Source: a bacterium (GTDB taxonomy: Bacteria > UBP7 > UBA6624 > JBBIMK01). Taken from it: DNA of 32,000 bases. Below the pieces are notes generated by a model. It worked only from the letters and a program-made list of their open reading frames with translations, was not told the origin of the DNA and ran no database searches. Shown in pieces: positions 8,501 through 18,861 of the stretch (positions within the stretch are counted from its first letter, which is position 1; the number at the start of each line of letters is the position of its first letter). The translations under genes and the position numbers were made by a program. The DNA is taken from positions 4,494 to 36,493 of the forward strand of contig JBBIMK010000021.1 of the NCBI GenBank assembly GCA_037444445.1, read 5' to 3'.

Positions 8501-9392
8501 TCCACTCTCCTATCCGCTCCACCTCGGGCTCCAGGGAAATACCGGTTTCTTCAAACACACGCTTTTGCGCCACTTTCATCAGAGTGGCCACCTCGTCAGC
8601 GGTAGCCCCCCCCAGGTTGACGATGAAGTTGGCGTGCTTTTCCGACACCTGAGCCTTTCCCACCGTTTTTCCCTTCATCCCTGCTTCTTCCAGCAAGCGA
8701 CCGGCATACTGACCTGTGGGATTCTTGAACACGCTACCCGCCGAGGGCACGCCAATGGGCTGGGTCTTCAAACGGTAAGTGGTGAGGCGCTCCATCCGCT
8801 CCAGGATTCCCTCCCTGGAGCCTATCTTCCCCATCATCAGACACCCAAGGACGATATGACCATCATTTTTCAGGGAACTCCACCGATAGCCTTTCTGGAT
8901 GTCCTTTGCTTGCAGGGTAACCTTTTTTCGGGAGGGGAGGTGGAGGGTTTTCACTTCCACTACATGTTCCAGAATCCCCTCTCCACCTGTGCCGGAGTTA
9001 TTCGCCAGTGCACCGCCGACGGTTCCCGGCACGCCGCAGAGGAATTCAAAACCACTGATGCCCTTTTCAGCCGCTTTTCGGATGCACTTGTTCAGGCTGG
9101 CTCCGCCGCCTGAAACGAGGTAAGGAGGGTCCACTTCTACCTTTTCAAATTCACCGCGAAGGCGGATGACGAGCCCCCGAATGCCCCGGTCTGACACCAG
9201 TAGATTACTCCCTCCGCCTATCACCGTTACTGGAAGCCCATTCACCATACTCAGGGCTTCCAGCAGGGGTCCTTCCTCTCGGAAGGTTCCCCAGAGGTCC
9301 GCCGCCCCACCAATCCGATAGGTGGTATACCGGCTCATCCATTCATTGGATTTCACTCCGAAGGCAGACAGTTTCGGCTCCCATTCTGCCAT
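8481..9392 (-). CDS. murB: UDP-N-acetylenolpyruvoylglucosamine reductase MurB
   Basis: YTTYRIGGAADLW, VIGGGSNLLVSD, and GSVFKNP...AGRLLEEAG.KG...G.AQVSEKHANFIVN. The start is placed at MAEW (9392), 10 nt after AAGGAGG. The ORF track extends to 9455, inside murC. Confidence 0.9.
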   Translation of the reverse strand: MAEWEPKLSAFGVKSNEWMSRYTTYRIGGAADLWGTFREEGPLLEALSMVNGLPVTVIGGGSNLLVSDRGIRGLVIRLRGEFEKVEVDPPYLVSGGGASLNKCIRKAAEKGISGFEFLCGVPGTVGGALANNSGTGGEGILEHVVEVKTLHLPSRKKVTLQAKDIQKGYRWSSLKNDGHIVLGCLMMGKIGSREGILERMERLTTYRLKTQPIGVPSAGSVFKNPTGQYAGRLLEEAGMKGKTVGKAQVSEKHANFIVNLGGATADEVATLMKVAQKRVFEETGISLEPEVERIGEWIEPDVE

Positions 9393-9408
9393 TTTGCCCA
9401 TTTCCTCC

Positions 9409-10797
9409 TTATTTTCCTTCCGGTGCATTTTTTTTCTCCTGCTCCCTCTGAGCATATTCTACTCCCCAATCGTGGATACTGCCCGCTCCGATGAAGAGGA
9501 CAATATCGCCAATCTGAATGGTTTCATTTAAGGCCTGGAAAACATTCTCTTTGCCCGGGCAGAAGAAAACATTTTTTCTCTTGTGAAGGCGGGCGATTTC
9601 CGCCACCTGAATACCACCTACGCCTTCTATGGGGGGTTCGCCAGCGGGGAAGATGTCCGTTACAACCACCACATCCGCCCCCACCAGAGAGGCTCCCAAT
9701 TCCTGCCACAGGTGCTGAGTTCGGGTATATCGGTGTGGCTGGAAAACGGCCACCAGCCGCCGACGAAATTGCTTCGCCGATTCCAGCAGACTCCGAATCT
9801 CGGTGGGGTGATGGGCGTAATCGCTGTAAATCCATCCTCCATTTTGTCGCCCGAGAAATTGAAACCGCCGCTTGACGCCCTGAAACCTTCTTAACCCCTC
9901 TCGGATGGATTCTAACGGCACTTTTAAGGTGGTTAACGCACCCAGGGTTGCCAGAGCGTTTTTCACCTGATATGCACCGATGCCATTCACAACGAACTCC
10001 CCCATAGGCACTCCATGAATCATCGCTTCAAAGGTGAGAGTGGAAGTATTGGAGTAAAGGATTCTCCCTTGAAGGGAGGCACCCTCCGTGAATCCGAAGG
10101 TAGCCACCGGTGAATTCATTTGCTTCAGTTCCCGCACGAACCCCTTCAAATTATTCTCATCATGGCAAATCCAAATGCTGCCGTCCTGAGGGACCTTTTC
10201 AGCCAGTTGAAAGACGGAATTTCGGAGGGTCTCCAGGTTCGGGTAAAAATCCAGGTGGTCCAGGTCCAGATTGGTGAGCACGAGAAGAGTAGGGGATAGG
10301 AGAAGGAAAGAGGTCCTGCTCTCATCGGCTTCTGCGACGAAAATATCCCCGCTTCCCCATTTACCTCCTTTCTGCCAATCTACCAGTTCACCGCCAGCCA
10401 CCACGGCGGGGTCGTGGCCACAGGCTTGCAGGCAGAATCCAATCATGGCGGTTGTGGTCGTTTTCCCGTGGCTTCCGGTGACCGCCACCCGCTCCCCCTT
10501 CTGGTGAAACTGGTCGGCTAAAAATTCCGCCCTCGCCATTACGGGAATGCCCTGAGTTCTTGCCGATACAATCTCCGGATTATCCGGTGGCACGGCAGTA
10601 GAGTAGACCACGAGGTCCATGCCATCCACATGGGTGGGGGAATGAGACAAGTAGACTGTGGCTCCTGCCGCACGCAACTTCTCCAGCGTTTCCGATGGCG
10701 TCACATCCGATCCCCCTACCTCCCAGCCCCGCCCCAGGCATAGCCAGGCTAAACTACTCATCCCGCTACCGCCCAATCCGGTGAAAAAGATTCTCAT
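9409..10797 (-). CDS. murC: UDP-N-acetylmuramate--L-alanine ligase MurC
   Basis: MRIFFTGLGGSGMSSLA, GSHGKTTTTAMI, and a Mur-ligase C-terminal domain with DYAHHPTEI. The start at 10797 forms an ATGA overlap with the ftsW stop. The 71 upstream codons in the track overlap ftsW and are rejected. Confidence 0.95.
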   Translation of the reverse strand: MRIFFTGLGGSGMSSLAWLCLGRGWEVGGSDVTPSETLEKLRAAGATVYLSHSPTHVDGMDLVVYSTAVPPDNPEIVSARTQGIPVMARAEFLADQFHQKGERVAVTGSHGKTTTTAMIGFCLQACGHDPAVVAGGELVDWQKGGKWGSGDIFVAEADESRTSFLLLSPTLLVLTNLDLDHLDFYPNLETLRNSVFQLAEKVPQDGSIWICHDENNLKGFVRELKQMNSPVATFGFTEGASLQGRILYSNTSTLTFEAMIHGVPMGEFVVNGIGAYQVKNALATLGALTTLKVPLESIREGLRRFQGVKRRFQFLGRQNGGWIYSDYAHHPTEIRSLLESAKQFRRRLVAVFQPHRYTRTQHLWQELGASLVGADVVVVTDIFPAGEPPIEGVGGIQVAEIARLHKRKNVFFCPGKENVFQALNETIQIGDIVLFIGAGSIHDWGVEYAQREQEKKNAPEGK

Positions 10798-11879
10798 CCC
10801 TTCCACTCCTCTTCCACAGCCAGGCGTCCAAGAACCCCTGCCTCCAGACAGTTCATTCCGAGAGCAGTCCCCCCATAACTGACGAAGGGAAGTGGCAAGC
10901 CCGCTACCGGCAACAAAGTGGTGGATACACCCAGGTTCATCAACACCTGAAATCCTATTATTCCTGCAATCCCCGCTGTAAGCAGGGCGGGAAAGGGGTG
11001 CTTCGCCCATTTCTCCATCACCTGCACACTGCTCCCGAGGAGCAAGATATATAGTCCCATCACCAGGATCCCCCCCAGGATTCCCATTTCTTCATTCACT
11101 ATCGCAAAGGCATAGTCATTATGGGGTTCCGGAATGTAATACTTCTGGATACTTTCCCCCAGGCCCTTGCCCAAAAGCCCACCGGAAACATAGGCGTATC
11201 GCGCCTGTTGTATCGCATATTGTTCATCGGAGAAGAGATTTATCCAGTGGCCTCCTCGCAGGCTCAATGCGGTGATACTGAAAATACCGGTGATGGCGAT
11301 GGCTAATACGCCTTGTGTGATAAGCGTTTTGAAGGTCAATGTTCCCGAAATAAGCACCATCAGCCCTAAAAGCAGGAGAAGCAGAGGAATGGCATCGGTA
11401 TCGGGCTGAAGGGCGATAGCCACAGCCGCAAGCATGAAAGTGGCGAGTAATAAAGTTTGCCCCCTGGAAGAGTTCATTTTCCCCATTTTCATTGCTTCCA
11501 GAACCCGGGCGGTGAACAGGATAAATCCGAATTTGAAAATTTCCAGTGGTTGCAGGGTGAAGAAGCCCAGGTCAATCCAGCGGGTCGCTCCGCGGGAGGT
11601 GTGGCTCACGCCTGGAATGAGAAGCAAGAATAACAGTGCCAAACCCATAAAAAGCCACAAAAGAGCGCTCCGACGCCAGATAGAAGGCTTCACCCTCAGC
11701 CCGATGAAAAATGCCAGTATCCCCAGCGGGAAGAGGAGGAATTGTTTCACGGCAAGATTCCCATATTTTTGTGTGTGAAGGGTGGCATCCAGCACCACAA
11801 GAAATCCCACACACAATAGCAAAGCCACAGCGATGCCTATCCGAAAGAAAACGGGATTACTTCTCACTTTCTTCAGCAT
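10794..11879 (-). CDS. ftsW: SEDS-family peptidoglycan glycosyltransferase FtsW
   Basis: Polytopic membrane protein with PSEFxK-like LQPLEIFKFGFIL, PEPHNDYAFAI (FtsW/RodA motif), and GLPLPFVSYGGTAL near the C-terminus. It occupies the dcw position after murD. Confidence 0.9.
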   Translation of the reverse strand: MLKKVRSNPVFFRIGIAVALLLCVGFLVVLDATLHTQKYGNLAVKQFLLFPLGILAFFIGLRVKPSIWRRSALLWLFMGLALLFLLLIPGVSHTSRGATRWIDLGFFTLQPLEIFKFGFILFTARVLEAMKMGKMNSSRGQTLLLATFMLAAVAIALQPDTDAIPLLLLLLGLMVLISGTLTFKTLITQGVLAIAITGIFSITALSLRGGHWINLFSDEQYAIQQARYAYVSGGLLGKGLGESIQKYYIPEPHNDYAFAIVNEEMGILGGILVMGLYILLLGSSVQVMEKWAKHPFPALLTAGIAGIIGFQVLMNLGVSTTLLPVAGLPLPFVSYGGTALGMNCLEAGVLGRLAVEEEWKG

Positions 11880-13281
11880 ATTGCTTCACCAGTCGTTTGA
11901 AAACTTCTCCCCTTTCTTCATAGGAGTGAAACTCATCAAAACTGGCGCAGGCAGGGGAGAGGAGAACCACACCGTTGGGGGGTGTAACCTGAATGGCACT
12001 TTTCACTCCTTCGGTGAAAGAATCCACCACTACGAGCATGGCTTTCCCATTCCCGTGTTGCTGGAAGGCTTGAAACAGGCGCTTCCGTGCCTCACCCATC
12101 AGGACCACTGCTTTGCATTTTTCCGAGGCTATCTCAGCCAGGCGAGAATAATTCAGGTTCTTCTCGGAGCCACCCAGAAGAAGAGTCAGCCAGCCCTCTT
12201 TGAAGAGCGCCTGAATGGCCGCCAGGACGGAGTGTGGCGTCGTGGCTTTGGAATCATCGTAGTACTTCACTTCGTGGAAGGTTCCCACATATTCCAGTCG
12301 GTGTGGGAGGGGGGAAAAGGTCTTTAACCCCTGCTGAAGGAGAGGGATGCTCACGCCCGCCACTCGTGCAGATAGGATGGAGCCTAACGCATTGCTCACA
12401 TTTGCCTCCCCCAGTAGAGGCAGGTCATCCCGGTGAAGCACCGGTATTTCCTTTCCTTCCCACCTTATGCTCAGCACATCGTCCTTCACATAACCATCTG
12501 GCTGGTATGGAAAATCTGACCCTTTTTTCTTTTTCCATTTGCCTTCCGCATCTGACGGTTGGAGAGAGTAAGTAAACACCCGGCTACGGCATCGTTTCAA
12601 GGCAGACTCAACCCAGGGCTCATCTCCATTGATCACCGCTGTATCCTCTTCCGTCTGGTTCTCAAAAATCCGTAGCTTCGCAGATTTGTATTCTTCAAAA
12701 TCCCTGTGCCAGTTCAGGTGGTCTTCCTCAATGTTCAGCAGGAGTGCGATTTTAGGGCGGAATTCATGAATGGTGGATAGTTGGAAAGAAGATACCTCCA
12801 GCACAATCCAGTCCCACTCCCCTTCGCACACACTCACCAGAGGATTTCCAATGTTTCCTGCGGCAATCACCTTTTTCCCGCTCATCCGTAATAGATGTTC
12901 CAGAAGCCGAACGGTGGTGCTTTTCCCATCCGTTCCCGTAACTGCCAGAATCGGGGAATGGGTGAGTTGATAACCGATTTCCACCTCAGAAATCAAGGGA
13001 ATGCCCAGTTCTCTTGCCCTATAGAAAACGGGATGGACGGGGGGGATGCCCGGGCTGGGAATGACGGCATCTATCCCGTTCAGGAGGGATGTGTCCTGCG
13101 GTCCGAAGTGCAACAGGCATCCCCGGTTTGCCAGCGCCTGCACACGCTCATCCATTTTAAGCGATGGATTGGAATCCGAGGCCAGAACCGAAGCGCCCTT
13201 GTGCAGAAGTTTCTCCGCTACTGCCAGCCCGGAAATCCCCAGCCCTAACACCAGAAATCGTTTCTTCTGAATGTCGTTCAT
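11857..13281 (-). CDS. murD: UDP-N-acetylmuramoylalanine--D-glutamate ligase MurD
   Basis: MNDIQKKRFLVLGLGISGLAVAEKLL (Rossmann N-terminus), AVTGTDGKSTT, and a Mur-ligase C-terminus. The start at 13281 forms an ATGA overlap with the mraY stop. The 179 upstream codons in the track lie inside mraY and are rejected. Confidence 0.95.
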   Translation of the reverse strand: MNDIQKKRFLVLGLGISGLAVAEKLLHKGASVLASDSNPSLKMDERVQALANRGCLLHFGPQDTSLLNGIDAVIPSPGIPPVHPVFYRARELGIPLISEVEIGYQLTHSPILAVTGTDGKSTTVRLLEHLLRMSGKKVIAAGNIGNPLVSVCEGEWDWIVLEVSSFQLSTIHEFRPKIALLLNIEEDHLNWHRDFEEYKSAKLRIFENQTEEDTAVINGDEPWVESALKRCRSRVFTYSLQPSDAEGKWKKKKGSDFPYQPDGYVKDDVLSIRWEGKEIPVLHRDDLPLLGEANVSNALGSILSARVAGVSIPLLQQGLKTFSPLPHRLEYVGTFHEVKYYDDSKATTPHSVLAAIQALFKEGWLTLLLGGSEKNLNYSRLAEIASEKCKAVVLMGEARKRLFQAFQQHGNGKAMLVVVDSFTEGVKSAIQVTPPNGVVLLSPACASFDEFHSYEERGEVFKRLVKQYAEESEK

Positions 13282-14303
13282 ATCGCCCACTGAATAGCCT
13301 CCGGAATGGCAGAAGATTCCACCGCACCTACCCCCAGAAGTGTAAACAGGAAGTGAAAAATCCAGAATGCAAGAACCACCCGTGGCTCTTCCATTCCACT
13401 CATTTCCAGATGATGATGAAGCGGGCTCATCCTGAATATCCTTTTCCCAAACAGGTGAAAGGAAATCACCTGAAAAATCACGGAGAGGACTTCCACCGCA
13501 TACACGGCTCCGAAAAGGAAGAGGAAAAGTTCGGTTCGGGTGAGGATGGCGACGGAAGCCAGCACCGCTCCCAGCAGGGATGACCCCACCTCCCCCATAA
13601 AGATTTTTGCCGGATAGGCATTCCATACTAAAAAGCCGAGGGAGACCCCGGATAGAACCCACAGGGGAAGCATAATCTCTGGCAGATAACTCCAGAACAG
13701 GCTTCCGTATGCGAAAAAGGTGAAGAGGATGCAACCGGTGAGGAGCCCATCCAGCCCGTCGGTGAAGTTCACCCCATTTACCGTGCCCATATAGGCAAGA
13801 ATCGCCAGCAGGATACACCCTTTTCCAATGTCCGGTATCTGGTCAGAAAAAGGGATGAAAATCTGGCTTCTGCCGCTGGCATAGGCCGTCCACCCCAGCA
13901 GGGCTCCGAGGAAAATCTGAAGGAGGATACGATAACGGGCTCGGAGCCCAGCGGTTCCTCCCCGCATTTTCAGAACATCATCCAGAAGCCCCGAGAGACT
14001 CGCTACTCCGCACACCACCCAGAAAACAACCTCCGTCCGGGTTAACCCCCCCCTGCCAGAGAGCCGATGAAATAATGGCAAGAGGAAAACCATCAGGAAG
14101 AGAACCCCTCCCATGGTGGGGATTCCCTGCTTCTGTAAGTGAGTAGTGGGTCCATCCGTTCTCACCCTCTGCCGTATTCCCCAGCGGGGGAAATACCGAA
14201 TCATCAATGGGGTTGCAAAGAGGGACAGAAGGAAAGTGAAAATCAATAAATATCCGGGTGTTCCCAGCCAATCCAGTTTCTGGATGAGAGGGAACTCATT
14301 CAT
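13278..14303 (-). CDS. mraY: phospho-N-acetylmuramoyl-pentapeptide transferase MraY
   Basis: KQGIPTMGG, DDVLK, NGVNFTDGLDGL, and PAKIFMGEVGS...MSPLHHHLE. The start is at MNEFPL (14303), 2 nt after the murF stop. Confidence 0.95.
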   Translation of the reverse strand: MNEFPLIQKLDWLGTPGYLLIFTFLLSLFATPLMIRYFPRWGIRQRVRTDGPTTHLQKQGIPTMGGVLFLMVFLLPLFHRLSGRGGLTRTEVVFWVVCGVASLSGLLDDVLKMRGGTAGLRARYRILLQIFLGALLGWTAYASGRSQIFIPFSDQIPDIGKGCILLAILAYMGTVNGVNFTDGLDGLLTGCILFTFFAYGSLFWSYLPEIMLPLWVLSGVSLGFLVWNAYPAKIFMGEVGSSLLGAVLASVAILTRTELFLFLFGAVYAVEVLSVIFQVISFHLFGKRIFRMSPLHHHLEMSGMEEPRVVLAFWIFHFLFTLLGVGAVESSAIPEAIQWAI

Positions 14304-14305
14304 GA

Positions 14306-15691
14306 TTACTCGCCTCTCACCCCGGACGCTTTCAGGATTTCTTCCACCATTCTTTCCATCCCCGTAGCGCGGGAGCCTTTCACCAGTATGACACTGTCCT
14401 GCCAGTTTTCCTTCTTCACATCTTCCAGGAGAGAAGGGAAATCCGCATACCATTGGCTTTCCACACCGCCTTTCTTCGCCTCTTCCACAGCCTCCTTCAT
14501 AGCATCTCCACAGGCAAGGAAGGACTGGAAGCCGAAATCCCCCAGTTGGTTTCCGATGTTCCGATGATATTTGCTGGCGTAATCGCCCAGTTCCAGCATA
14601 TCTGCGAGGATGGCGATTTTCTTTTTTCCTGCTCCGATTTGAGCCACAAAGCGGAAGGCTTCCTCCATAGAAGCAGGATTGGCATTATAGGTGTCATCCA
14701 CGAGGGTGCAGTTTTTCTTCAATACAAGAAGGTTCATACGGTGGGGGAGTGGTGGGCAGGAGAGGATGCCTTGTAAGATGTCGCCCTGAGGGATGCCCAG
14801 GCTCAGGCCCACCGCCACCGCCGATGCCAGAGGATAGCCCTGAAATTCGCCCGGGAGGGGTGCTCTCACCTCTTCCCGCCACTCCGGCGTCCTCACCCAG
14901 AACCGGCATCGTCCGTCTTCCCCGAACTCTTTCAGTTCAAAACTGATTTCTCCTCGCTTCCCGTAGGTCCGTATATCTCCGCGGCATTTATGTTTGAGCA
15001 CATGGAAATATGGGTCATCAGCGTTCAGAATGGAAAGATTTCGTCCCGTCAGATTCCACAGAAGTTCCCCTTTTGCATCCACAATAGCATCCATAGAACC
15101 CAGCAACCCGATATGCGTAGGGGCAATGGTAGTAATCACCCCGATGGTGGGTTGTGCCCTCTCGCACAGCCACAGGATGTCACCCGGCTTTCTCATTCCG
15201 AACTCCAGCACCACCACTTCAGCGTTCCCATTGATTCGGCTCAAGGTAAGAGGAACGCCAATTTCATTGTTATAACTCAGGGGGGTTTTCAGGGTTCTGA
15301 ATCTCCGCTCCAGAACAGAAGCGATGTATTCTTTTGCCGTGCTTTTCCCCACGGACCCGGTGACCGCCAGCACTTCTCCCTGGAATGCTTGACGGTGAAA
15401 CCGCCCTACTTCTGCCAGGGCTTCCAGACTATCCCTCACCTGAACTGCGAAAGCACCGGGGGGTAAAGCGCGAGGACCGCTGGGGTAGCGTTCCGCAACC
15501 ACTCCACGAGCCCCCATCTTCAGGGCTTCCAGGACATAATCGTTTCCGTTGTATCGTTCCCCTCTCAGGGCAAAGAAAACCTCTCCGGGTTTTAAACTCC
15601 GGGTGTCTGTGGCTATATCCTCCAGGGGAGATTCCGGGTCGCCTCCCAGAAGTGTAGCCGAACAAATTTGGAGCAAGTCCTTAACTTTCAT
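14306..15691 (-). CDS. murF: UDP-N-acetylmuramoyl-tripeptide--D-alanyl-D-alanine ligase MurF
   Basis: MKVKDLLQ...IATDTRSLKPGEVFFALRGERYNGNDYV, VTGSVGKSTAKE, and DDTYNANPASM. The start is at 15691, overlapping the end of murE by 11 nt. Confidence 0.92.
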   Translation of the reverse strand: MKVKDLLQICSATLLGGDPESPLEDIATDTRSLKPGEVFFALRGERYNGNDYVLEALKMGARGVVAERYPSGPRALPPGAFAVQVRDSLEALAEVGRFHRQAFQGEVLAVTGSVGKSTAKEYIASVLERRFRTLKTPLSYNNEIGVPLTLSRINGNAEVVVLEFGMRKPGDILWLCERAQPTIGVITTIAPTHIGLLGSMDAIVDAKGELLWNLTGRNLSILNADDPYFHVLKHKCRGDIRTYGKRGEISFELKEFGEDGRCRFWVRTPEWREEVRAPLPGEFQGYPLASAVAVGLSLGIPQGDILQGILSCPPLPHRMNLLVLKKNCTLVDDTYNANPASMEEAFRFVAQIGAGKKKIAILADMLELGDYASKYHRNIGNQLGDFGFQSFLACGDAMKEAVEEAKKGGVESQWYADFPSLLEDVKKENWQDSVILVKGSRATGMERMVEEILKASGVRGE

Positions 15692-17159
15692 ATTCCAGTT
15701 CCTGAAGCGCCTTGCGGGCTTCCACCCGGTCATCAAACGGGAGGATGGAATCCCCTACAATCTGGTAGGTTTCGTGCCCCTTCCCGGCGATGACCACGGC
15801 GTCGTTCTTTTTTGCCTCGGCGATGGCTTTTCGGATGGCTTCCCTCCGGTCTGGAAGAATGTGAATACAGTGGGCTTGCTCCACGGGGATACCCCCAAGA
15901 ATATCCCGGATGATGCCCAGGGGGTCTTCCTGCCGGGGGTTATCGCTGGTGATGAACACAATATCCGAGAATTCGCAGGCGATGCGCCCCATTCTGGGGC
16001 GTTTGGCTCTATCCCGATTGCCTCCACACCCGAACACCGTGAGCACCCGCCCGGAAGTAAGCCTTCTCACCGTTGTGAGAACCTTCAGCAGACTATCGGG
16101 TGTGTGGGCGTAGTCCACAAGGACCCTAAAAGGCTGACCCTGCTGAATTTCTTCCATCCGACCCGGAATTCCTTTCACTCGTGCAATGCCTGCCTGAATG
16201 GCACCCGGGGGAACCCCCAGCGATAACCCCAGCGCCACCGCTCCCACTACATTATACACATTGTGTTCTCCCCGCAGAGGCGTGAACACTTCCCATTCCT
16301 TTCCATTCAGCCCTCTCACTCTCAGCCGGCTCCCGTCCTCGCCCAGTTCCACACTTTCTGCCCGATATTCACCATTTTTTATCCCGTATCCCAGCAATCC
16401 CGGAACCTCCTGGAGAAGGCGGATGCCATAGCCATCGTCAGCGTTCACCAGGCCCTGAAATCCCTTCTTTCGCTCCACCTCCGTGAAGAGAAGTTTTTTG
16501 GCAGAGAAATAATCTTCCATGCTGGAATGGAAATCCAGATGGTCCTGGGAGAGATTGGTGAACAGGGCCCGGTCCAGCATAATTCCACTCAATTTCCCCA
16601 GCCTCAGCCCGTGAGATGAGGCTTCAAAACAGGCGCACTGAGCATCACGGGTTTGAAATTGGCGTAAGAGCCACACGAGGTCGTCTGCTTCCGGAGTGGT
16701 GTTCTCCAGGTTCCAGACTTCGCCATCCAGGCTCCCACCTAAAGTGCCCACGATGCCGGCTTTTTTCCCAGCAGCGTTGAGAATAGAGGCTACCAGATGG
16801 CTGGTGGTGGTTTTCCCTTTCGTTCCTGTAATGGCGAGGATGGACATTTGAGCGGAGGGGTTGTGATAGAATCGCTGGGCGACCTGCCCCAGGGCCCTGC
16901 GTACATCCCTGGCTTTGATGATACACGGGAAGGGAATCCCCACCGGGCGGTCCACCAGCACTGCCACTGCCCCTCTCTCGTAGGCTTCAGCGAGGAAATC
17001 CATGCCGTCCCGCTTCTCCCCCCGAATCGCCGCAAACAAATGCCCTGCCTCCACTTTCCGTGAGTGGTGCACAATCCCGCGAATGGGAACCTCCACATCC
17101 CCAAAAACTTCGCCATCTAACCTCTTCACTAACTCTTTAATCCGTTTCTCTCGTTCCAT
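15681..17159 (-). CDS. murE: UDP-N-acetylmuramoyl-L-alanyl-D-glutamate--2,6-diaminopimelate ligase MurE
   Basis: ITGTKGKTTTSHL, DYAHTPDSL, and GCGGNRDRAKRP. The ITSDNPRQEDP segment carries the DNPR motif that established work associates with meso-DAP-adding MurE enzymes. Confidence 0.95.
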   Translation of the reverse strand: MEREKRIKELVKRLDGEVFGDVEVPIRGIVHHSRKVEAGHLFAAIRGEKRDGMDFLAEAYERGAVAVLVDRPVGIPFPCIIKARDVRRALGQVAQRFYHNPSAQMSILAITGTKGKTTTSHLVASILNAAGKKAGIVGTLGGSLDGEVWNLENTTPEADDLVWLLRQFQTRDAQCACFEASSHGLRLGKLSGIMLDRALFTNLSQDHLDFHSSMEDYFSAKKLLFTEVERKKGFQGLVNADDGYGIRLLQEVPGLLGYGIKNGEYRAESVELGEDGSRLRVRGLNGKEWEVFTPLRGEHNVYNVVGAVALGLSLGVPPGAIQAGIARVKGIPGRMEEIQQGQPFRVLVDYAHTPDSLLKVLTTVRRLTSGRVLTVFGCGGNRDRAKRPRMGRIACEFSDIVFITSDNPRQEDPLGIIRDILGGIPVEQAHCIHILPDRREAIRKAIAEAKKNDAVVIAGKGHETYQIVGDSILPFDDRVEARKALQELEYES

Positions 17160-18861
17160 TTTCTATCCCAGCCTCTGTCTGCGGCGGAATCCCGTAATAC
17201 CAGAAGATGTCCTTCAGGATGTTTTTGACAGCCGGAGCGGCCAGTTGCCCGCCAGAAGCCCGGTAAGTTTTCGGGTCATCCAGGACCACGGCCACGAGAA
17301 ACCGGGGAGAATCTGCCGGATAAAAGGCAAAGAAGGAAACGACCACATGCTGTTCATCCCGATGATAATACCCGCCGCCGGGCTTGGTCTTCTGAGCCGT
17401 TCCCGTCTTCCCTGCCACTGGATAGCCTTCCATCTTCAGCGCAGTTCCAGTGCCCTCCAGAACCACTCCCTTGAGGGCATTGAGAATAAAGTCTACCGTC
17501 TCTTTTGAAAGAACACGATGGGCAGTCCTCTGGCACCTGAAGATGGGCTCTCCATCCCCCTTGCGAATCTCTTTCACCACACAGGGGTCCACCACCTCAC
17601 CCCCGTTGGCAAATGCACTATAGGCTCGCAGTAGTTGAATAGGAGTCACAGCGATTCCTTGCCCGAACCCGAGGGTGGCTTTCTCCGTGGGTCCGAACTG
17701 GGCTGGAAGAAGCCCCCGGGCTTCCAGCGACCGGGGCCTCAGCACTTCCTCTGCCATCACTGCCTGCCCGAATCCGAACTTCTGAAGCCATTCTTTCCAT
17801 TCCAGGTCAGAAATCAGGGAGCCCACCTCCGAAGCCCCCACATTGCAGGACTTGACAAGAATTTCCCGCAAGGTCACTTTGCCGTGGGCACGTCCATCAA
17901 ACTCCCCGATGGGAGAGCGCTGGGGCATCGGCCGTTGCCCGGTACACACCACCTCAAAAGATTCCTTCACCTTCCCGTCCTCCAGGGCAATAGAGAGGGC
18001 GATGGGCTTGAAGGTGGAGCCAGGCTCATAAACAAAATAGAGGGCTTTATGCCGCAGGTTTTCCGGGTTCTGGGAAGCATACTCATTCGGGTTAAATACA
18101 GGCGCACTCGCCAGAGCAAGTAGTTCCCCCGTTTGCGCATTCATCACCATCCCAACGGCTCCTACCGCTTGCTCCTTTTCCATAGCCTGGCTAATTTCCT
18201 CTTCCACGATGTATTGCAGTGCTTCATCTATGGTGAGCACCAGGTCATATCCATCCAGGGCTGGCAAAAAAGGAGCTGCTCCAGGAATTGGCCTGCCGAA
18301 GGCTACCCTCCGATACATCTGCTCCAGTGTGCTTTCCTTTAGATAATCCTCAAATGCCCATTCTAACCCACCCCCCTTTCCTCCTTCATAAGCGGAGCGA
18401 TAGCCAATCAGATTTCCCGCCAGGCTTTGCAGGGGATAATATCGGTTGTTGCGTTTTTCCATTCTTAACTGTAAGCCGATAGGCACGCCATTCACTCGTT
18501 TCCTCTTCAGGACTTCTGCCTTCTCAGGGGGCAGGAAGAAAAGGGCTTGAGACTCCTCCGGCTGGATTTTCCTGCCAAGGATTTCTTGCATGCCGATGAC
18601 CACTGCGGACCGGACCTCCGGGGTCATCTTCCTCCAGGGCGCCCGGATTTCATAAGTGTCCTGGTTGACAGCGAGAAGGTGATTCTGGCGGTCAAAAATC
18701 CGCCCCCTCCCCCCGCTCCACTCCCCCAGTTCCTTTACCTGCTTTTGATACTGGGCTTTCAATCGTTCATCTCCCCTCAATTTCATTACCTGCAGAAGGA
18801 AAATCACTGAAAAGACAAAAAAGGCACTCCTCCAGAGCCAGACCCCGGGGTGAACGGTCAT
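17137..18861 (-). CDS. ftsI: class B penicillin-binding protein / peptidoglycan D,D-transpeptidase FtsI
   Basis: N-terminal TM anchor and the three transpeptidase motifs: STFK (YEPGSTFKP), SCN (KSCNVGA) and KTGTA (AGKTGTAQK). It occupies the dcw position between ftsL and murE. Confidence 0.92.
   Translation of the reverse strand: MTVHPGVWLWRSAFFVFSVIFLLQVMKLRGDERLKAQYQKQVKELGEWSGGRGRIFDRQNHLLAVNQDTYEIRAPWRKMTPEVRSAVVIGMQEILGRKIQPEESQALFFLPPEKAEVLKRKRVNGVPIGLQLRMEKRNNRYYPLQSLAGNLIGYRSAYEGGKGGGLEWAFEDYLKESTLEQMYRRVAFGRPIPGAAPFLPALDGYDLVLTIDEALQYIVEEEISQAMEKEQAVGAVGMVMNAQTGELLALASAPVFNPNEYASQNPENLRHKALYFVYEPGSTFKPIALSIALEDGKVKESFEVVCTGQRPMPQRSPIGEFDGRAHGKVTLREILVKSCNVGASEVGSLISDLEWKEWLQKFGFGQAVMAEEVLRPRSLEARGLLPAQFGPTEKATLGFGQGIAVTPIQLLRAYSAFANGGEVVDPCVVKEIRKGDGEPIFRCQRTAHRVLSKETVDFILNALKGVVLEGTGTALKMEGYPVAGKTGTAQKTKPGGGYYHRDEQHVVVSFFAFYPADSPRFLVAVVLDDPKTYRASGGQLAAPAVKNILKDIFWYYGIPPQTEAGIENGTRETD

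Noticed and set aside
8445-9113. 222-codon plus-strand ORF antisense to murB
   Set aside because: Shadow ORF opposite a gene with clear MurB motifs, with no recognisable domain.
10798-11010. 71-codon N-terminal extension of the MurC ORF, which could suggest an FtsW-MurC overlap or a MurG remnant
   Set aside because: The extension is Gly/Arg/Cys-rich, lies wholly inside ftsW in another frame, and has no MurG-like motifs. The conserved MurC N-terminus begins at the ATGA-coupled Met at 10797.
13282-13818. 179-codon N-terminal extension of the MurD ORF
   Set aside because: It lies inside mraY in another frame. The conserved MurD Rossmann N-terminus (MNDIQKKRFLVLGLGISG) begins at 13281 with ATGA coupling. 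The same logic applies to the MraY (14304-14453) and MurF (15692-15736) extensions.
15549-16226. 225-codon plus-strand ORF antisense to murF and murE
   Set aside because: Shadow ORF spanning a gene junction on the opposite strand, with no recognisable domain.
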